Virus record (IMG/VR): IMGVR_UViG_3300006737_000020
Location: 39,224-103,223 of that record
Strand: one strand, 5' to 3'
Source of the DNA: a virus
Length of the DNA: 64,000 bases
Made by a program: the position numbers and the translations under genes
Shown: positions 20,959 through 32,281 of the stretch, piece after piece
Position numbering within the stretch: the stretch's first letter is position 1
Layout: every line of letters begins with the position of its first letter
The notes under the pieces: model-generated
What the model saw: only the letters and a program-made list of their open reading frames with translations
Database searches by the model: none
What the model was told of the DNA's origin: nothing

Positions 20959-21369
20959 TTATTTTTCAGAAAACCATGAAGTTGGAATTGTTTTTTCTGC
21001 CCATGGAATTCCATGCTTATCACACCACATTCCATATGTAGTTGGTGAACCTTTTCTAATTTTTGTTTTACCAGACATGAATACTATCCTTATATCTAAC
21101 TCAGGATGTTGTTTTTTAATAAGTAAGTGTTTTTTACGGTCTTCTGCTACCCACCTTCCTTTTGTTTCAACTAGTATTCCATTTGGTAATGTAAAATCAA
21201 TTGTATAAGTATGTTTAGTTTCTGGTTTGATATATGGTATTACTGTTGTTTCATATTCAAACTTAATTTTGTTTTCTTTTAACTGATCTGATACTTTATG
21301 TTCGAATCCAGATCTATAACCATGTTTAATTGCATTTCTACGTAATTTACTTTTACTTCTCCAAGCCAT
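20959..21369 (-). CDS. T7 endonuclease I-like Holliday junction resolvase
   Basis: YRSGFE...YTIDFTLPNGILVETKGRW...LDIRIVF...TTYGMWC. Confidence 0.88.
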   Translation of the reverse strand: MAWRSKSKLRRNAIKHGYRSGFEHKVSDQLKENKIKFEYETTVIPYIKPETKHTYTIDFTLPNGILVETKGRWVAEDRKKHLLIKKQHPELDIRIVFMSGKTKIRKGSPTTYGMWCDKHGIPWAEKTIPTSWFSEK

Positions 21370-21370
21370 A

Positions 21371-22039
21371 TTAATGATAACCGTTTAATAATTCTAACAA
21401 ATCATCTATTGCACTATGTCTATGTGAATCTTCTAATACACATTTAAATACATAAGCTGAATTTGTTAGTTTAGCCATATCGTGGTAAGCTGAATAATTT
21501 TTATCTTTTAGATCGATTTGGTAAGAATCTCCACAAAATAACATTTTGGAATCTTTACCTAATCTACCAATTGCCATCGCCAATTGTGATCTTGTTAAAT
21601 TTTGAAACTCATCTACAATTACAATTGAATTATCAAAAGTTCTACCTCTAAAGTGAGCTAATGATACTAATTCAATTTGTTCAGACTTTTCCATTTTTTC
21701 TAATATAGGTGGTTTATTATAAACCTTTCTCATATTACTTCTAATTGGTACTAACCATGGTTCCATTTTTTCTCTTTCAGATCCAGGTAAGAATCCATTA
21801 TCTTCTGTAGAAATAGTTGGTCTTGTAATTATTATTTTATTATATTGTTTTTTAAAAAATTGATCCAATGCTACTTGCACTGCTAATAGTGTTTTACCAC
21901 TACCAGCTTTACCTACAATAAAATTATAAGGATGTTTTAGAATTTGTGTTTTTGCTTTCTTTTGTTCTGGTGATAAAGAAATAGAAAACCTTATAGCCCC
22001 TTTTGGCGGACTCTTAACCATATTATCTTTTACTGCCAT
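21371..22039 (-). CDS. phoH: PhoH-like ATPase
   Basis: GKAGSGKT, ITRP, GFLPG, RGRTF, DEFQN, GRLG, GDSYQID motifs. Confidence 0.92.
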   Translation of the reverse strand: MAVKDNMVKSPPKGAIRFSISLSPEQKKAKTQILKHPYNFIVGKAGSGKTLLAVQVALDQFFKKQYNKIIITRPTISTEDNGFLPGSEREKMEPWLVPIRSNMRKVYNKPPILEKMEKSEQIELVSLAHFRGRTFDNSIVIVDEFQNLTRSQLAMAIGRLGKDSKMLFCGDSYQIDLKDKNYSAYHDMAKLTNSAYVFKCVLEDSHRHSAIDDLLELLNGYH

Positions 22040-22078
22040 TCTCGTGACTCCTTTTATTAACCTATTTAATATAAATAT

Positions 22079-24214
22079 CTAGTAATCCCATTTAATTAGG
22101 AAATTCATATCAACATCATCTCGTTTTTGTACTGGTCTAGCCAATTTTGCTACAGCTAATAACTGTGCATTGTCGTCGTACAATCCAATTGTTGTTATAT
22201 ATGGTTTCCAGGCACTACTTGTAAATTGATTTTGTATCAATTCACTTTTTGGTTTACGTAATGTTGGATTCATACTAACATTACATTCTCCCATTGGAAC
22301 TTTACATAGTATTTCATTTTCATAAATAGTTCTAGACGATTTATGTTCTATATCAAAACCTTCTTGTAATGCATAATGATATTTTGGTAATGGTGATGAA
22401 ACTACTATTTGTCCTGATCTGTAAAATACATTACCTGCAACATTTGTTTGGTATGCACTACTACTCATCCAATGATTATTTGCTAATGACTCTGCAGATG
22501 CAGAATGTAAATATGTATTGAAAATTCTTATTTCATCAATACTTCCTGATAAGGATGCATTACAATCCTCATCTAATGCTCCAAACATTAAATGTGATGG
22601 ATTCATTAAATTATCATCAGCTGTATGGAATTTATCTGTAACTCCACTTTCCCATACACCATTAACAAACATTGCAAGATCTGATCCTGATTTGCTACAC
22701 ATTACATGATACCAAGTATCATTAGACGATGTAACACATGTACTTGAAGTTACTTCCAATGTATCAATTCCATTACTTCTACTAAACAATATTTTTCCGG
22801 CCGGATATGTTGGATGATTTTTATTTGTAACACTTATATCATATGGAAATCTAGTACGATGTATATTTGTATTTCTATAAAATGTTTTTCTATTTGATTT
22901 TCTATTTACTCTTACTAATTCTTGTTCAACACCTCGCTTTGTAATTATACAATTTGAACCAGATGTACGATATGCTGTTGATCCTGTATCTGATTGAGTT
23001 GGTGGTAATTTACACCAAAATGATATTGCAAAGTCTTGGTCTTGTCTAAAATTAAACTTATTATTATTTGGAGTAATTATATATGCTTTTGAACCTGAAT
23101 CAAATGCGGCTGCAATTCCTGAATTAGGAAAATTAATTCTAGATAAATGTACGTTATCTATAGTACCTGCTGCATTACCTACTGGTGTTATATAAAGGTG
23201 GCTGGCATATGGTAAAGTACTTTTTATAACAAATTGATGAACACCTACTGTAGTGAAGGTGTCAGAAAAATTAGTTCCTTGACCGACAGAAACTTTGTAT
23301 CCTGTTCCTGAAGTTAATGATTTTATTTCAAGTGATCCAGAATAAGTAATACCTGATCCACTATGCTGATGTCCATCAGGTACGGAGCCATAATTGAGGT
23401 TACCATTTGAAGATCCATCACTTGCTGCAACTCCACTTCCTATCGTCCAGTTAGAGTTTTTATTCCAATTGGTATCAGATGCAAAAGTAGGATTTGGTAC
23501 TATTTCTGATCCTAATGTGATTCCACCTAAACCTGTTGTTTTAATACCTGGTTCATATCTTACTAAATGTGCTGTTGATACAATATCCTTATTGATACGA
23601 TTGGTATTCTGAATATGTTTATATGTTTTTCCTCTGGTATGAACTCCTAGACGACCAAAGTTTAATTCAAAATGACGAAACTCATCATTGAATCCCCAAT
23701 ATGCAATAGACTTTGATTGAGATATAAAACTACCAGTATTTATTGTATGGTCACGTAAATTTCCATATTTATCATCATATAAATCTACTAATTGATAATC
23801 ATCAGATCCTGTAAAAGATACATGCACTGATGTTTTCTTAATATTTTCTCCATGTTTAACATATGGTATTGCTACTACACTACATGAATAAAATAAATTC
23901 TTTTCTGTATATCTTGGATTATAATGTTCCATAGTATGCATAGGAACATTTTTTGTTTCTGGTCTATAAAATAAATGGTCTATTGCTTTCCAAGTAGGAG
24001 TTTGATATGTTCCGTCTGGATTTCTTGCATTATCAGCATCTAGATTTGATGCACTAATTGGTGTAGTCTGTACATTATGTATTCCATGTCGAACTACATA
24101 TCCATCAGTTAGATATGATGTTTCATCTGTTTTAAATATTGTATTTGCTTCAAACGGTGTAATTGATACATCATCTTTATTAATTGGTCTGAAGACTACT
24201 GCTCTTGAAGCCAT
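22079..24214 (-). CDS. Virion structural protein with LamG-like domain
   Basis: WYHVMC...MFVNG...GSIDEIRIF; C-terminal YITTIGLYDD...LLAVAKL shared with the adjacent gene. Confidence 0.7.
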   Translation of the reverse strand: MASRAVVFRPINKDDVSITPFEANTIFKTDETSYLTDGYVVRHGIHNVQTTPISASNLDADNARNPDGTYQTPTWKAIDHLFYRPETKNVPMHTMEHYNPRYTEKNLFYSCSVVAIPYVKHGENIKKTSVHVSFTGSDDYQLVDLYDDKYGNLRDHTINTGSFISQSKSIAYWGFNDEFRHFELNFGRLGVHTRGKTYKHIQNTNRINKDIVSTAHLVRYEPGIKTTGLGGITLGSEIVPNPTFASDTNWNKNSNWTIGSGVAASDGSSNGNLNYGSVPDGHQHSGSGITYSGSLEIKSLTSGTGYKVSVGQGTNFSDTFTTVGVHQFVIKSTLPYASHLYITPVGNAAGTIDNVHLSRINFPNSGIAAAFDSGSKAYIITPNNNKFNFRQDQDFAISFWCKLPPTQSDTGSTAYRTSGSNCIITKRGVEQELVRVNRKSNRKTFYRNTNIHRTRFPYDISVTNKNHPTYPAGKILFSRSNGIDTLEVTSSTCVTSSNDTWYHVMCSKSGSDLAMFVNGVWESGVTDKFHTADDNLMNPSHLMFGALDEDCNASLSGSIDEIRIFNTYLHSASAESLANNHWMSSSAYQTNVAGNVFYRSGQIVVSSPLPKYHYALQEGFDIEHKSSRTIYENEILCKVPMGECNVSMNPTLRKPKSELIQNQFTSSAWKPYITTIGLYDDNAQLLAVAKLARPVQKRDDVDMNFLIKWDY

Positions 24215-24237
24215 TTATATTCCCTTTATAGTAAAAA

Positions 24238-24265
24238 CTCTCTTATACTTATAAATATAAGAGAG
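24238..24265 (-). terminator. Terminator-like hairpin overlapping a late-promoter motif
   Basis: CTCTCTTATA-N8-TATAAGAGAG followed by TTTTT on the minus strand. Confidence 0.65.
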
Positions 24266-24300
24266 CTTTAAATATGATGAATTATAACGATTAGAATCTA

Positions 24301-25716
24301 TTAGAAGTCTAATTTTACTTTAATTAATGCCTCTCTTGTAAATGATTTCAATAAAGGCTTACTTAATTTTGCAACTGCTAATAATTCTCTTCTATCATTA
24401 TACATACCTACTGTAGTAATATAAACTTTAGGATCTCCAATAAATGATGATTGAGCAAATCTACCATTTGAACCGGTAACAAATGTTGGATTATTTGTAA
24501 AATTATATTCCGCATTTGTTGCTCTAACAAAATAATGAGTTGATGTTACTTTTTCAGATGACCTTGCTTGTATTCCTAATTTATCACCAGATGCATCAGA
24601 TAGATATGCTCCTGAATGCGATATTGATGTAAATAATTTAAATGCATTATTACCTGCTATTTCTGAACCTGTTACAGTATTAAATCCTCCTGACACGTTT
24701 AATACATCTGCATTAAGTATTATAATTCCTAAATCTGGATATAATAAACCATAATGGTAAGGTGTTACTGAATTATAAACTCCTTGTTCAATTGATCCAG
24801 ATACCATATTATATCTTCTTCCAAAATGTCCTCTTCTAACTGATATTGCAGAAGTTATTTTTGAATCATCAGTAATACGTAAAACATGATTATTTTCAGG
24901 ACTACTATCACCAAATGAAGGTTTTACATTTGAACCTGTATGTGTATTGTTATTTCCTGTTGCTCCATAAACCGAACCAGATAAGTGAGATAAGTTAAGT
25001 TCTATATTTCCTTCATCTAATCTTTCTCTCATCAATGCACGGTTAAAGTTCATTACATATATAGAATCTGAATCAACGCCGTTAAATGTAAACTTAGTAT
25101 CATCTGGTTCTAAACATAATAATCTATATTGAGAATAAATTGCTCTTGATGGTGTATCATTTACTTGGCCACCTTCATCTGCAGAACCAGAACCTAATCT
25201 ATGTCCATATGCAATACTCATTAATGCAGAACCTGTTGCATCATATGATGAATTTGCAGTTCTATTATCTCCGTTCCATATTTCGTAATAATATCTTTTT
25301 TGAGTTGCAGATAATAAAGATGATGTATAAAAATCTAATTGATTACCAACATTTGGTGGAAATAATCCTCTTGTTACAACCTCTTGCTGATTTGGGATAA
25401 CATCAGTATCAAGATCGAACTCAGTAAATATTCTTCCATTCCTTGCTGCTAATCTTGCACGCTCTCTTTGTGCAATTAATTGATTTGCAATCTGTCTTGC
25501 TCTTCTTTCAATTTCAATATTTCTTATACGAGCTTGGTTCGCAATATCTCTAACAGTATCTTGTTGGAGAACTGGTGATTCTGCTCTTGGTCTAGGTCTT
25601 GGTCTTGCCATATTTCGCATTGGACCTCTTGATCTAAACCTACCTGCAAATCTTCCTCTTGATGCTGCCATGGATGAACCATTATATCCTGACTTATTTC
25701 TTTTTATTGATGCCAT
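24301..25716 (-). CDS. Virion (baseplate/tail) structural protein with Arg-rich N-terminus
   Basis: C-terminal YITTVGMYND...LLAVAKLSKP; located in the baseplate cluster. Confidence 0.65.
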   Translation of the reverse strand: MASIKRNKSGYNGSSMAASRGRFAGRFRSRGPMRNMARPRPRPRAESPVLQQDTVRDIANQARIRNIEIERRARQIANQLIAQRERARLAARNGRIFTEFDLDTDVIPNQQEVVTRGLFPPNVGNQLDFYTSSLLSATQKRYYYEIWNGDNRTANSSYDATGSALMSIAYGHRLGSGSADEGGQVNDTPSRAIYSQYRLLCLEPDDTKFTFNGVDSDSIYVMNFNRALMRERLDEGNIELNLSHLSGSVYGATGNNNTHTGSNVKPSFGDSSPENNHVLRITDDSKITSAISVRRGHFGRRYNMVSGSIEQGVYNSVTPYHYGLLYPDLGIIILNADVLNVSGGFNTVTGSEIAGNNAFKLFTSISHSGAYLSDASGDKLGIQARSSEKVTSTHYFVRATNAEYNFTNNPTFVTGSNGRFAQSSFIGDPKVYITTVGMYNDRRELLAVAKLSKPLLKSFTREALIKVKLDF

Positions 25717-25741
25717 ATTATTTTATCCCTTATTTATAATC

Positions 25742-26416
25742 TTACATAGCTTGTAAAGCTACTCCTGGTGTCGTTTCTAATTCTTGTTTTTCTACTGTTA
25801 AGTTAATTGTTACACTTCCACCAGTTTCATTACCTACAACTGTAATAGTTGCTGTCTTATCTTCTACTGGTTGAGCTTTTGCAATTACTTCAAATGACAA
25901 TCCTTGTACAGTTACTGTTTGTGCCGCTTCATTATCACCAATAAATGCAGGAACCGTAGCACCTCTTCCTGCTCTACCTGTTCCTCTTGTTACTCTTAAA
26001 TAAGCTGCATCTGAATCAGATAATACTGCAGTATAACCAAATGTTTGGTTACCTCTATTGAAGTTTCTAGTATATGGTCTAATTGAAGCTGTACCACCAC
26101 TCGATAATGTAATGTTCTTGTTTTGTACGGAAATCACTGGAATTCTAGTTGACCTAGATGGAAGTGTTACAAGTTTATATTTCATCATTTGAGTTTCGTC
26201 TGGTAATGCTTCGATTACCGGCATGTTCTCAATTACTACTCCATAGAATGAAGTTCCTAATGGATGATCATTATTCCATAAATCGTAATCTACCTCATCA
26301 TCTGCTAAAGCGTATTGTGTTATTTTGAATTCATCTCTACCCCTTGCCAACAATTGTCTTCCCTTCTTGGTCAGGATAGCATCTACTGTAATTGAACTAT
26401 TATCTAAATATCCCAT
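25742..26416 (-). CDS. Virion (baseplate/tail-collar-like) structural protein
   Basis: AILTKKGRQLLA...ITQYALADD resembles the start of tail-collar fibre domains; late motif upstream. Confidence 0.6.
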   Translation of the reverse strand: MGYLDNSSITVDAILTKKGRQLLARGRDEFKITQYALADDEVDYDLWNNDHPLGTSFYGVVIENMPVIEALPDETQMMKYKLVTLPSRSTRIPVISVQNKNITLSSGGTASIRPYTRNFNRGNQTFGYTAVLSDSDAAYLRVTRGTGRAGRGATVPAFIGDNEAAQTVTVQGLSFEVIAKAQPVEDKTATITVVGNETGGSVTINLTVEKQELETTPGVALQAM

Positions 26417-26471
26417 AGTGTTTCCCTTTTTATTTTTAAATAAATATGTTTATCATAGAAAAGTATACCAT

Positions 26472-29400
26472 TTATCTAACATCTAAATTACCTCCAGATG
26501 GTAAATCTTTCTTATATACTAAACTATATCTGTTTCTTAATGTTATTTTTACTACTTCTTCCCCATCTGTTGTCTGATTTGAGAATTCATTTATCCCTGG
26601 TGCCGTTAATTTTGATCCTTCATAATATGATGAATCTAATGCATCATCTCTATAATCTGCTGGTTGTAATGAATGGCTGGTAGAAAATGTTCCTAGATCT
26701 GTAAATGTACCATATCCATTACTTCGTCTTGCTCTAGTCATATATATTCTACCTTTTCTACCTCTTTCATCTCCCCAATCTCTATTTGCTTGCATATCTG
26801 GATATTTGTTTAATGTTTTAACTTCTTGGGCTGATAAACAATAATCATCAAATATCTGAAGCTGTGCCATTGATCCTGAATATGCATATGTATTTGCTGA
26901 TGATTTATATCCCATACCAATATGTCTAATTCTCCATCTTCCTAAACCTACATCACCAGTTACATCTTTGGTAACTGTGTTTTGCAATCTTCCGTTTAAG
27001 TAAAACTTCATAGTTGCATTTTCTGGATCTGTACCGTCATATGTATATGCTAGATGATTTGTATCTCTTGCAGCATCATTTGTTACTGGCCAGGCTTGTC
27101 CTCCGTCCCATCTTGAGTTCCATTCAGCTGTTTGGAAGCCTGATCCTAATGTACCCCAATAAGTTGCATCTTCAGATCTTGCAACCAAATTACCATAATT
27201 ATTAATCCAGAATCCAGGATTTGTTGCATCTCCTCTACCAAGAAATGCAATATCCCCTTCACCTGATCCAGAAGCAGGTTTCAATATTACTGATATACTA
27301 AACTTTCCTGTGTTATCAGATTTTGGAAGCATTATATCATCTGTTAATTTGATTCTAGTACCTCCTCTATTATGTGTCGCAGATAACTGTGGTCCTTGAA
27401 GATCAAATAACATGGCTTGGCCGGTCCAATTATTATGAGTTATCGTTTCAAATCTAGCAGTTGATGCAGCTTTCTGAGTTGCAGTTCCTGAAGTATTTAC
27501 TGATTCAAATCCGGAGCCTGATGAATGGTTATAAGTTGGTCTAGAATCTAACATTCTTGAACCATTAAAGTTATCCAATCTAAAGTGATGTGATGCAGCA
27601 TTTTCAGGTCCATAATAAAATACCTTTTTACTAAACATCGGAGATTTACGTTGTTCCATTACTACAGAGCCGGTTGGTGACCATTCTAATTCATGTCTTG
27701 ACTGCGTTATCCAACCACCATTTGTTGTATCATATCTTACGCCTATATACCTATATGTTGCTCCAGGATATCCATCTCCTATTCTAAATAAATCTATTCC
27801 TGGATCTGTGTAATCATCTCCGTCAACTGATCCGGTTGCTATTTTATATACTCCTAAATTAGTTCCATTAATAACATCATTTACTGTAACAATTGATCTT
27901 GTCAATGAACCTGATAAATTAGAATGAACAGGAACTTCAAAATTTAAAGAACCTGTATAATGCATTGGCTCACCTTCCATTGTTTGTATATCTGAAATAG
28001 ATGCAGTATAATGCATTGGTTCAGCTTCTAAAGGTTCTAATGCATCTACAGATGCTGTTAATGGTAATATGTCCATGATTGGATCAGGGAAAGGATCTGG
28101 TATAAAATCTTCATAATGCAGTTCTTCTCTTGAAGGTTCTGCCTCTACCATTACTTTAGACCTTTCTAGCACACTTGGTTCAACTATCAGCCCTAAATCT
28201 GCATTTGTCCTAACTGGTATTAACTGTTTTAGTTGCGAGAAGAATGAAAAATCAAATAATGCAAATATTCTTATATATGCATTTATATCATTATCATTTT
28301 CATATTTTCTCCAATATCTATGAGCAAATGTTTTTAGTTTTGGATACAATTCTTTGTATTGATCTTCTGCAGAACCAAAGAAATCATCTAATGCAACGTT
28401 ACCTATTTGATTGAAAATATCTTTGTTTATCATATCCTGAGGAGAGAAATATATTCCTAGTTTAGCAGAATCATTTGATACTGTATCATACTGACTTATT
28501 TCTCCTCTAGTTTCTCTATTCAATGGATGAACTAATTTATTATCTTCAATTCTTATTTTTTCTGATTTTAAATTCTTTCCTCCAATACTTGGTCCATGAA
28601 TATAATATGTTTCTTCTACTCGCTCATAATGATCATTATTAACAGTATCCCATGGTGTTTGGAAATTACTTGCGGTTGCCCATGATGTTGTTCCATCATT
28701 TACTGGATCAGAAAAGTCTTGAATAGCTTGATTTGGATGTGATGATGAAATATAAATTGTCGCTGCATGATTATATCCTTTTTGATTTGTTCCAAAAGTA
28801 TAATGCCTTACCAATGTATCAAATGATGAAGTTGCGCTAATTGATGATACATATGATTTTGGATTCAATGTATGTTTATCAAATGCATTTTGACCTATAT
28901 TTTCTAACCATTCGCGATATTCTTGGAATGAACCTGTAAATGTTCCTATTCCTGCAGGATCAGATGCACCACCTGATGTTGATCCATTTCCAATTGCATG
29001 ATTTAAGTATTGATTTACTTTGAAGGTATTTCCACCAGTTGATCCAGTTTGGCCTCCTAGATATCCAGCTGTTGCTCCTGTTGCTGTACTCCATGCATTG
29101 TTATGTGCATTATAAGTTGGAGTAACAGATAAACTTGCTGAATGGATTAATTTTCCTTTAACATAATCTGAAGCTTGTTGTACCTGTACATGGTAAGTGA
29201 CATTGGTACTAGCAGCTATATTATATATTCCTGAGTCAGATCCGGTTGCTTCCCAATAATATCTCAAGTTCCAAAAATTACCATCATATAATGGAGCCCA
29301 ATCTGATGATGCTGTCATTGGTGTTGTTGATCCAGCACCTTGTCCATGCACATAATGCACTCTACCATAATTTGCACTACCTGAATATGAACCTGTATAT

Positions 29401-32273
29401 TCAATTGCAATATGTGATATAGGCACTGGTATGGCACCTACAAGACCTGCAGAGTAAATTATCATACTTGCTGTTATTGCTGGTTTGAATCTCCACTCTC
29501 TTGTTTGATCAGGTATTGTATCTCCTGCAGATAAATACTCTCTTTGGAATCCCCAATCATATAAATCTGTTTTATAATGATCATGAGTAAATTCTACATA
29601 TGAACCAGATTGTATTTGCAATGCATATGAGAATTGATCATATATTCCTGCTGGTTCAGATTTTGGCATTTTAGGTCCACCATATTCTCTAATAGATAAT
29701 AAAGATTCTGGAATACCGTAACATGATAATAAAGCTTTAACTGATCTAGATGTTCCTTTTGTTTTTAATAGGTGAGGTAAATTATTAACTACTCTTCTCC
29801 ATACCTGCTTTGTTAAATCTTCTTTTGGAGTTGCAAATGATACGGCTGATGATTGAGTTATATATTGTGATTTATTTGTATATAAATCTGATATTTCTGC
29901 ATCTGTTAATGTTCTGTTATATATTCTAAACTCATCTAATGAACCAGTAAAGTTACTATAAGGAACTCCTGTATTATTAGTATCTCTTGCACCAAGAATT
30001 GGTTTTGGATAATCACCTGTTGATTCAGGTCCTATATCATGAGATCCACTAACTGAAATATCTGTGCCTTCTACAAATGTTCCATTAAGGTATGCAGATG
30101 CACTTTCTTGTCTATTAACATTAAATACTATGTGATGCCAGCCATTTGATACACCCCCAGTTGATGTTCCTTCTAATGACGTTGTATCAAGATATGATGA
30201 TGAAAATATCTTTGTAGTATGTTTATCAAGAGTAACTGTATGTTCTCCATGAGAGCCTGAATAGTTTTGTACCCATCTCAGCGTTCCATATGGAGCATTT
30301 GCATAAATTCCCCATCCTGCATCATTTCCAGATCCTGATAATGCGCTAAATACATATCCGGTTGCATTTGTAAGGTCTGCATCTTTTATCCAGAATGATA
30401 CTGCATAATCATCTGTTCCATAGTCATATGGTTTATTATATTTTAGATAATTTGTTCCATCAAATTTTCCGCCCCAACCATGTGCGCCTTCTTCAAATAT
30501 TGGTTTATCAAATGCTTCTAATGCTTGATCTTTTACTATACCATAATCTATAAAATTTTGTCTTGCAAAGTCAGGCCTTCCTTCATCAAATGGAACATAT
30601 AATATTAAATTATCATCTATTCTTCTATCATTGATATTTCCAAATGATCCTAATTCATCTGTACCTAATAAGTATTCAAATAAACGTTCATGTTGATTTC
30701 CGTTTTCTAAATGCCAACCAAATGATTTTGCAGTTTCATATAATAAGTCTTTTGATAAACCATGTCTATGATGTTCATCTCTATTGTATACATCCGTTTG
30801 ATGTTTAACATATGAATACATAATATCATAATGATGGCCAATCATATGTACAAATGTTTCAAACTCAGAATTATTATTATCTTCTCTAATATGCTCTGGT
30901 ACTGTTTTTACTAATGCATGATCGTTATGGAAATCCCATAATGAAGCAGATGCTTCTAATGCATTATACCATACTTCTGCTTGAGATGATGTTGAATGAC
31001 ATAATGTCCATTGGTTAGCTGTAAATTGTTTATCTGAAGTTGTTACTCCGTATCCTTCTTTTGGCCATGGCTCAACAACAAACGTTTCATGTCCAATATT
31101 GGAACCTGAGGTTGCATTTGTATAAATACTTCCTGTATTATATTGATAAAGATATTTTTCAAAACCATCAAAACCGCCTAAAATATTATCTTTATATTTT
31201 TCGTATAAAGATTTATTTGCATTTACTTCGTTAGATTCTGATACTGAATTTAATGTTTTAACTTGATCATCATAGTATTCAACTAATTCTATTTTATGTT
31301 TAAAGTTTGCAACTCTTTCTTTAGCTGATGAGTAATGAACAAAGTTTTGGAATCCAGAATAATCAATTCCTAACTCTACTCCTTGTAAAGATCCAGAAAA
31401 CATTTTATCTATAATTTGCTGTGAAGTCGATGTCGCAGATCCTAATAAATCGTTCCAGTTTTGGAAATTTGTTTCGTTAATTTTTGACCATTTTGCATCC
31501 ACTTCAAAATTTGGACCTCTCATTGCATTGGTTGGAGATTCAATTGGCTTTCTGTAAAGTACTACATTATCTGTATATGGTTGTCTTACTTGTTGAACTA
31601 TCCATAGTCGTTGTTTTTCTTTGTAATTTTCCTGTAATGGTTGATATAACTTAATATATAATTCTCTAGAATCACTTAACCATCTATAATTTACAAATTG
31701 TGCTAATCTATTTCTACCAAAATTCAAGAATAATAAGTTCATAAACCCATTATCACCACATAACTCATTTCTTCTTGTATGGAACATTGATAACTGTTCT
31801 GATGTTGTTAAATCAGATATATCTAATGTTTTAATGGCCTTTTTCTTTTGTTTTATATTTTCGTCACCAATATATACTTTTAATTCTGTACGATCTGCAG
31901 ATATTTCTTTTATGTATAATGATGGATTTGCATCATCACCTACAATTGGTCTAAAAAAGTTAAGAACAAATTTATATGTTCCTTGCTTGATTCCTAAGTC
32001 ATCAAAGTTTTTATATAAATCAAATTGAACAAGACTGTCTTCAGTATTAAATGCTTTCCAGTGATCAGCTGTATGTTCACTTGTGATATAATTACTCATC
32101 ATATCATAAACATGTAACTCTACTGTTTCATCTAAAGCAGGATCATCAAATTTACGTATTTCAACTACTTCACTTGCAATTACTTCTTGGTCATCAGCTG
32201 TGAGTTGTAATGCATCAATTGGTTTATTTGATGCTTTTATGTTTTCACTATTTAGATATTGTTCTATTGCCAT
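26472..32273 (-). CDS. Large baseplate wedge-like protein with LamG-like domains
   Basis: KTKGTSRSVKALL resembles the KGT motif of P2 gpI / T4 gp7-type wedges; LamG motifs (WHHIVF...FTGSLDEFRIY). Confidence 0.7.
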   Translation of the reverse strand: MAIEQYLNSENIKASNKPIDALQLTADDQEVIASEVVEIRKFDDPALDETVELHVYDMMSNYITSEHTADHWKAFNTEDSLVQFDLYKNFDDLGIKQGTYKFVLNFFRPIVGDDANPSLYIKEISADRTELKVYIGDENIKQKKKAIKTLDISDLTTSEQLSMFHTRRNELCGDNGFMNLLFLNFGRNRLAQFVNYRWLSDSRELYIKLYQPLQENYKEKQRLWIVQQVRQPYTDNVVLYRKPIESPTNAMRGPNFEVDAKWSKINETNFQNWNDLLGSATSTSQQIIDKMFSGSLQGVELGIDYSGFQNFVHYSSAKERVANFKHKIELVEYYDDQVKTLNSVSESNEVNANKSLYEKYKDNILGGFDGFEKYLYQYNTGSIYTNATSGSNIGHETFVVEPWPKEGYGVTTSDKQFTANQWTLCHSTSSQAEVWYNALEASASLWDFHNDHALVKTVPEHIREDNNNSEFETFVHMIGHHYDIMYSYVKHQTDVYNRDEHHRHGLSKDLLYETAKSFGWHLENGNQHERLFEYLLGTDELGSFGNINDRRIDDNLILYVPFDEGRPDFARQNFIDYGIVKDQALEAFDKPIFEEGAHGWGGKFDGTNYLKYNKPYDYGTDDYAVSFWIKDADLTNATGYVFSALSGSGNDAGWGIYANAPYGTLRWVQNYSGSHGEHTVTLDKHTTKIFSSSYLDTTSLEGTSTGGVSNGWHHIVFNVNRQESASAYLNGTFVEGTDISVSGSHDIGPESTGDYPKPILGARDTNNTGVPYSNFTGSLDEFRIYNRTLTDAEISDLYTNKSQYITQSSAVSFATPKEDLTKQVWRRVVNNLPHLLKTKGTSRSVKALLSCYGIPESLLSIREYGGPKMPKSEPAGIYDQFSYALQIQSGSYVEFTHDHYKTDLYDWGFQREYLSAGDTIPDQTREWRFKPAITASMIIYSAGLVGAIPVPISHIAIEYTGSYSGSANYGRVHYVHGQGAGSTTPMTASSDWAPLYDGNFWNLRYYWEATGSDSGIYNIAASTNVTYHVQVQQASDYVKGKLIHSASLSVTPTYNAHNNAWSTATGATAGYLGGQTGSTGGNTFKVNQYLNHAIGNGSTSGGASDPAGIGTFTGSFQEYREWLENIGQNAFDKHTLNPKSYVSSISATSSFDTLVRHYTFGTNQKGYNHAATIYISSSHPNQAIQDFSDPVNDGTTSWATASNFQTPWDTVNNDHYERVEETYYIHGPSIGGKNLKSEKIRIEDNKLVHPLNRETRGEISQYDTVSNDSAKLGIYFSPQDMINKDIFNQIGNVALDDFFGSAEDQYKELYPKLKTFAHRYWRKYENDNDINAYIRIFALFDFSFFSQLKQLIPVRTNADLGLIVEPSVLERSKVMVEAEPSREELHYEDFIPDPFPDPIMDILPLTASVDALEPLEAEPMHYTASISDIQTMEGEPMHYTGSLNFEVPVHSNLSGSLTRSIVTVNDVINGTNLGVYKIATGSVDGDDYTDPGIDLFRIGDGYPGATYRYIGVRYDTTNGGWITQSRHELEWSPTGSVVMEQRKSPMFSKKVFYYGPENAASHHFRLDNFNGSRMLDSRPTYNHSSGSGFESVNTSGTATQKAASTARFETITHNNWTGQAMLFDLQGPQLSATHNRGGTRIKLTDDIMLPKSDNTGKFSISVILKPASGSGEGDIAFLGRGDATNPGFWINNYGNLVARSEDATYWGTLGSGFQTAEWNSRWDGGQAWPVTNDAARDTNHLAYTYDGTDPENATMKFYLNGRLQNTVTKDVTGDVGLGRWRIRHIGMGYKSSANTYAYSGSMAQLQIFDDYCLSAQEVKTLNKYPDMQANRDWGDERGRKGRIYMTRARRSNGYGTFTDLGTFSTSHSLQPADYRDDALDSSYYEGSKLTAPGINEFSNQTTDGEEVVKITLRNRYSLVYKKDLPSGGNLDVR
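27955..28028 (-). repeat. 51-nt period tandem repeat (E.EPMHYT.S) in the baseplate wedge-like gene
   Basis: gtataatgcattggctcaccttc versus gtataatgcattggttcagcttc. Confidence 0.8.
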
Positions 32274-32281
32274 TAGTCTTT

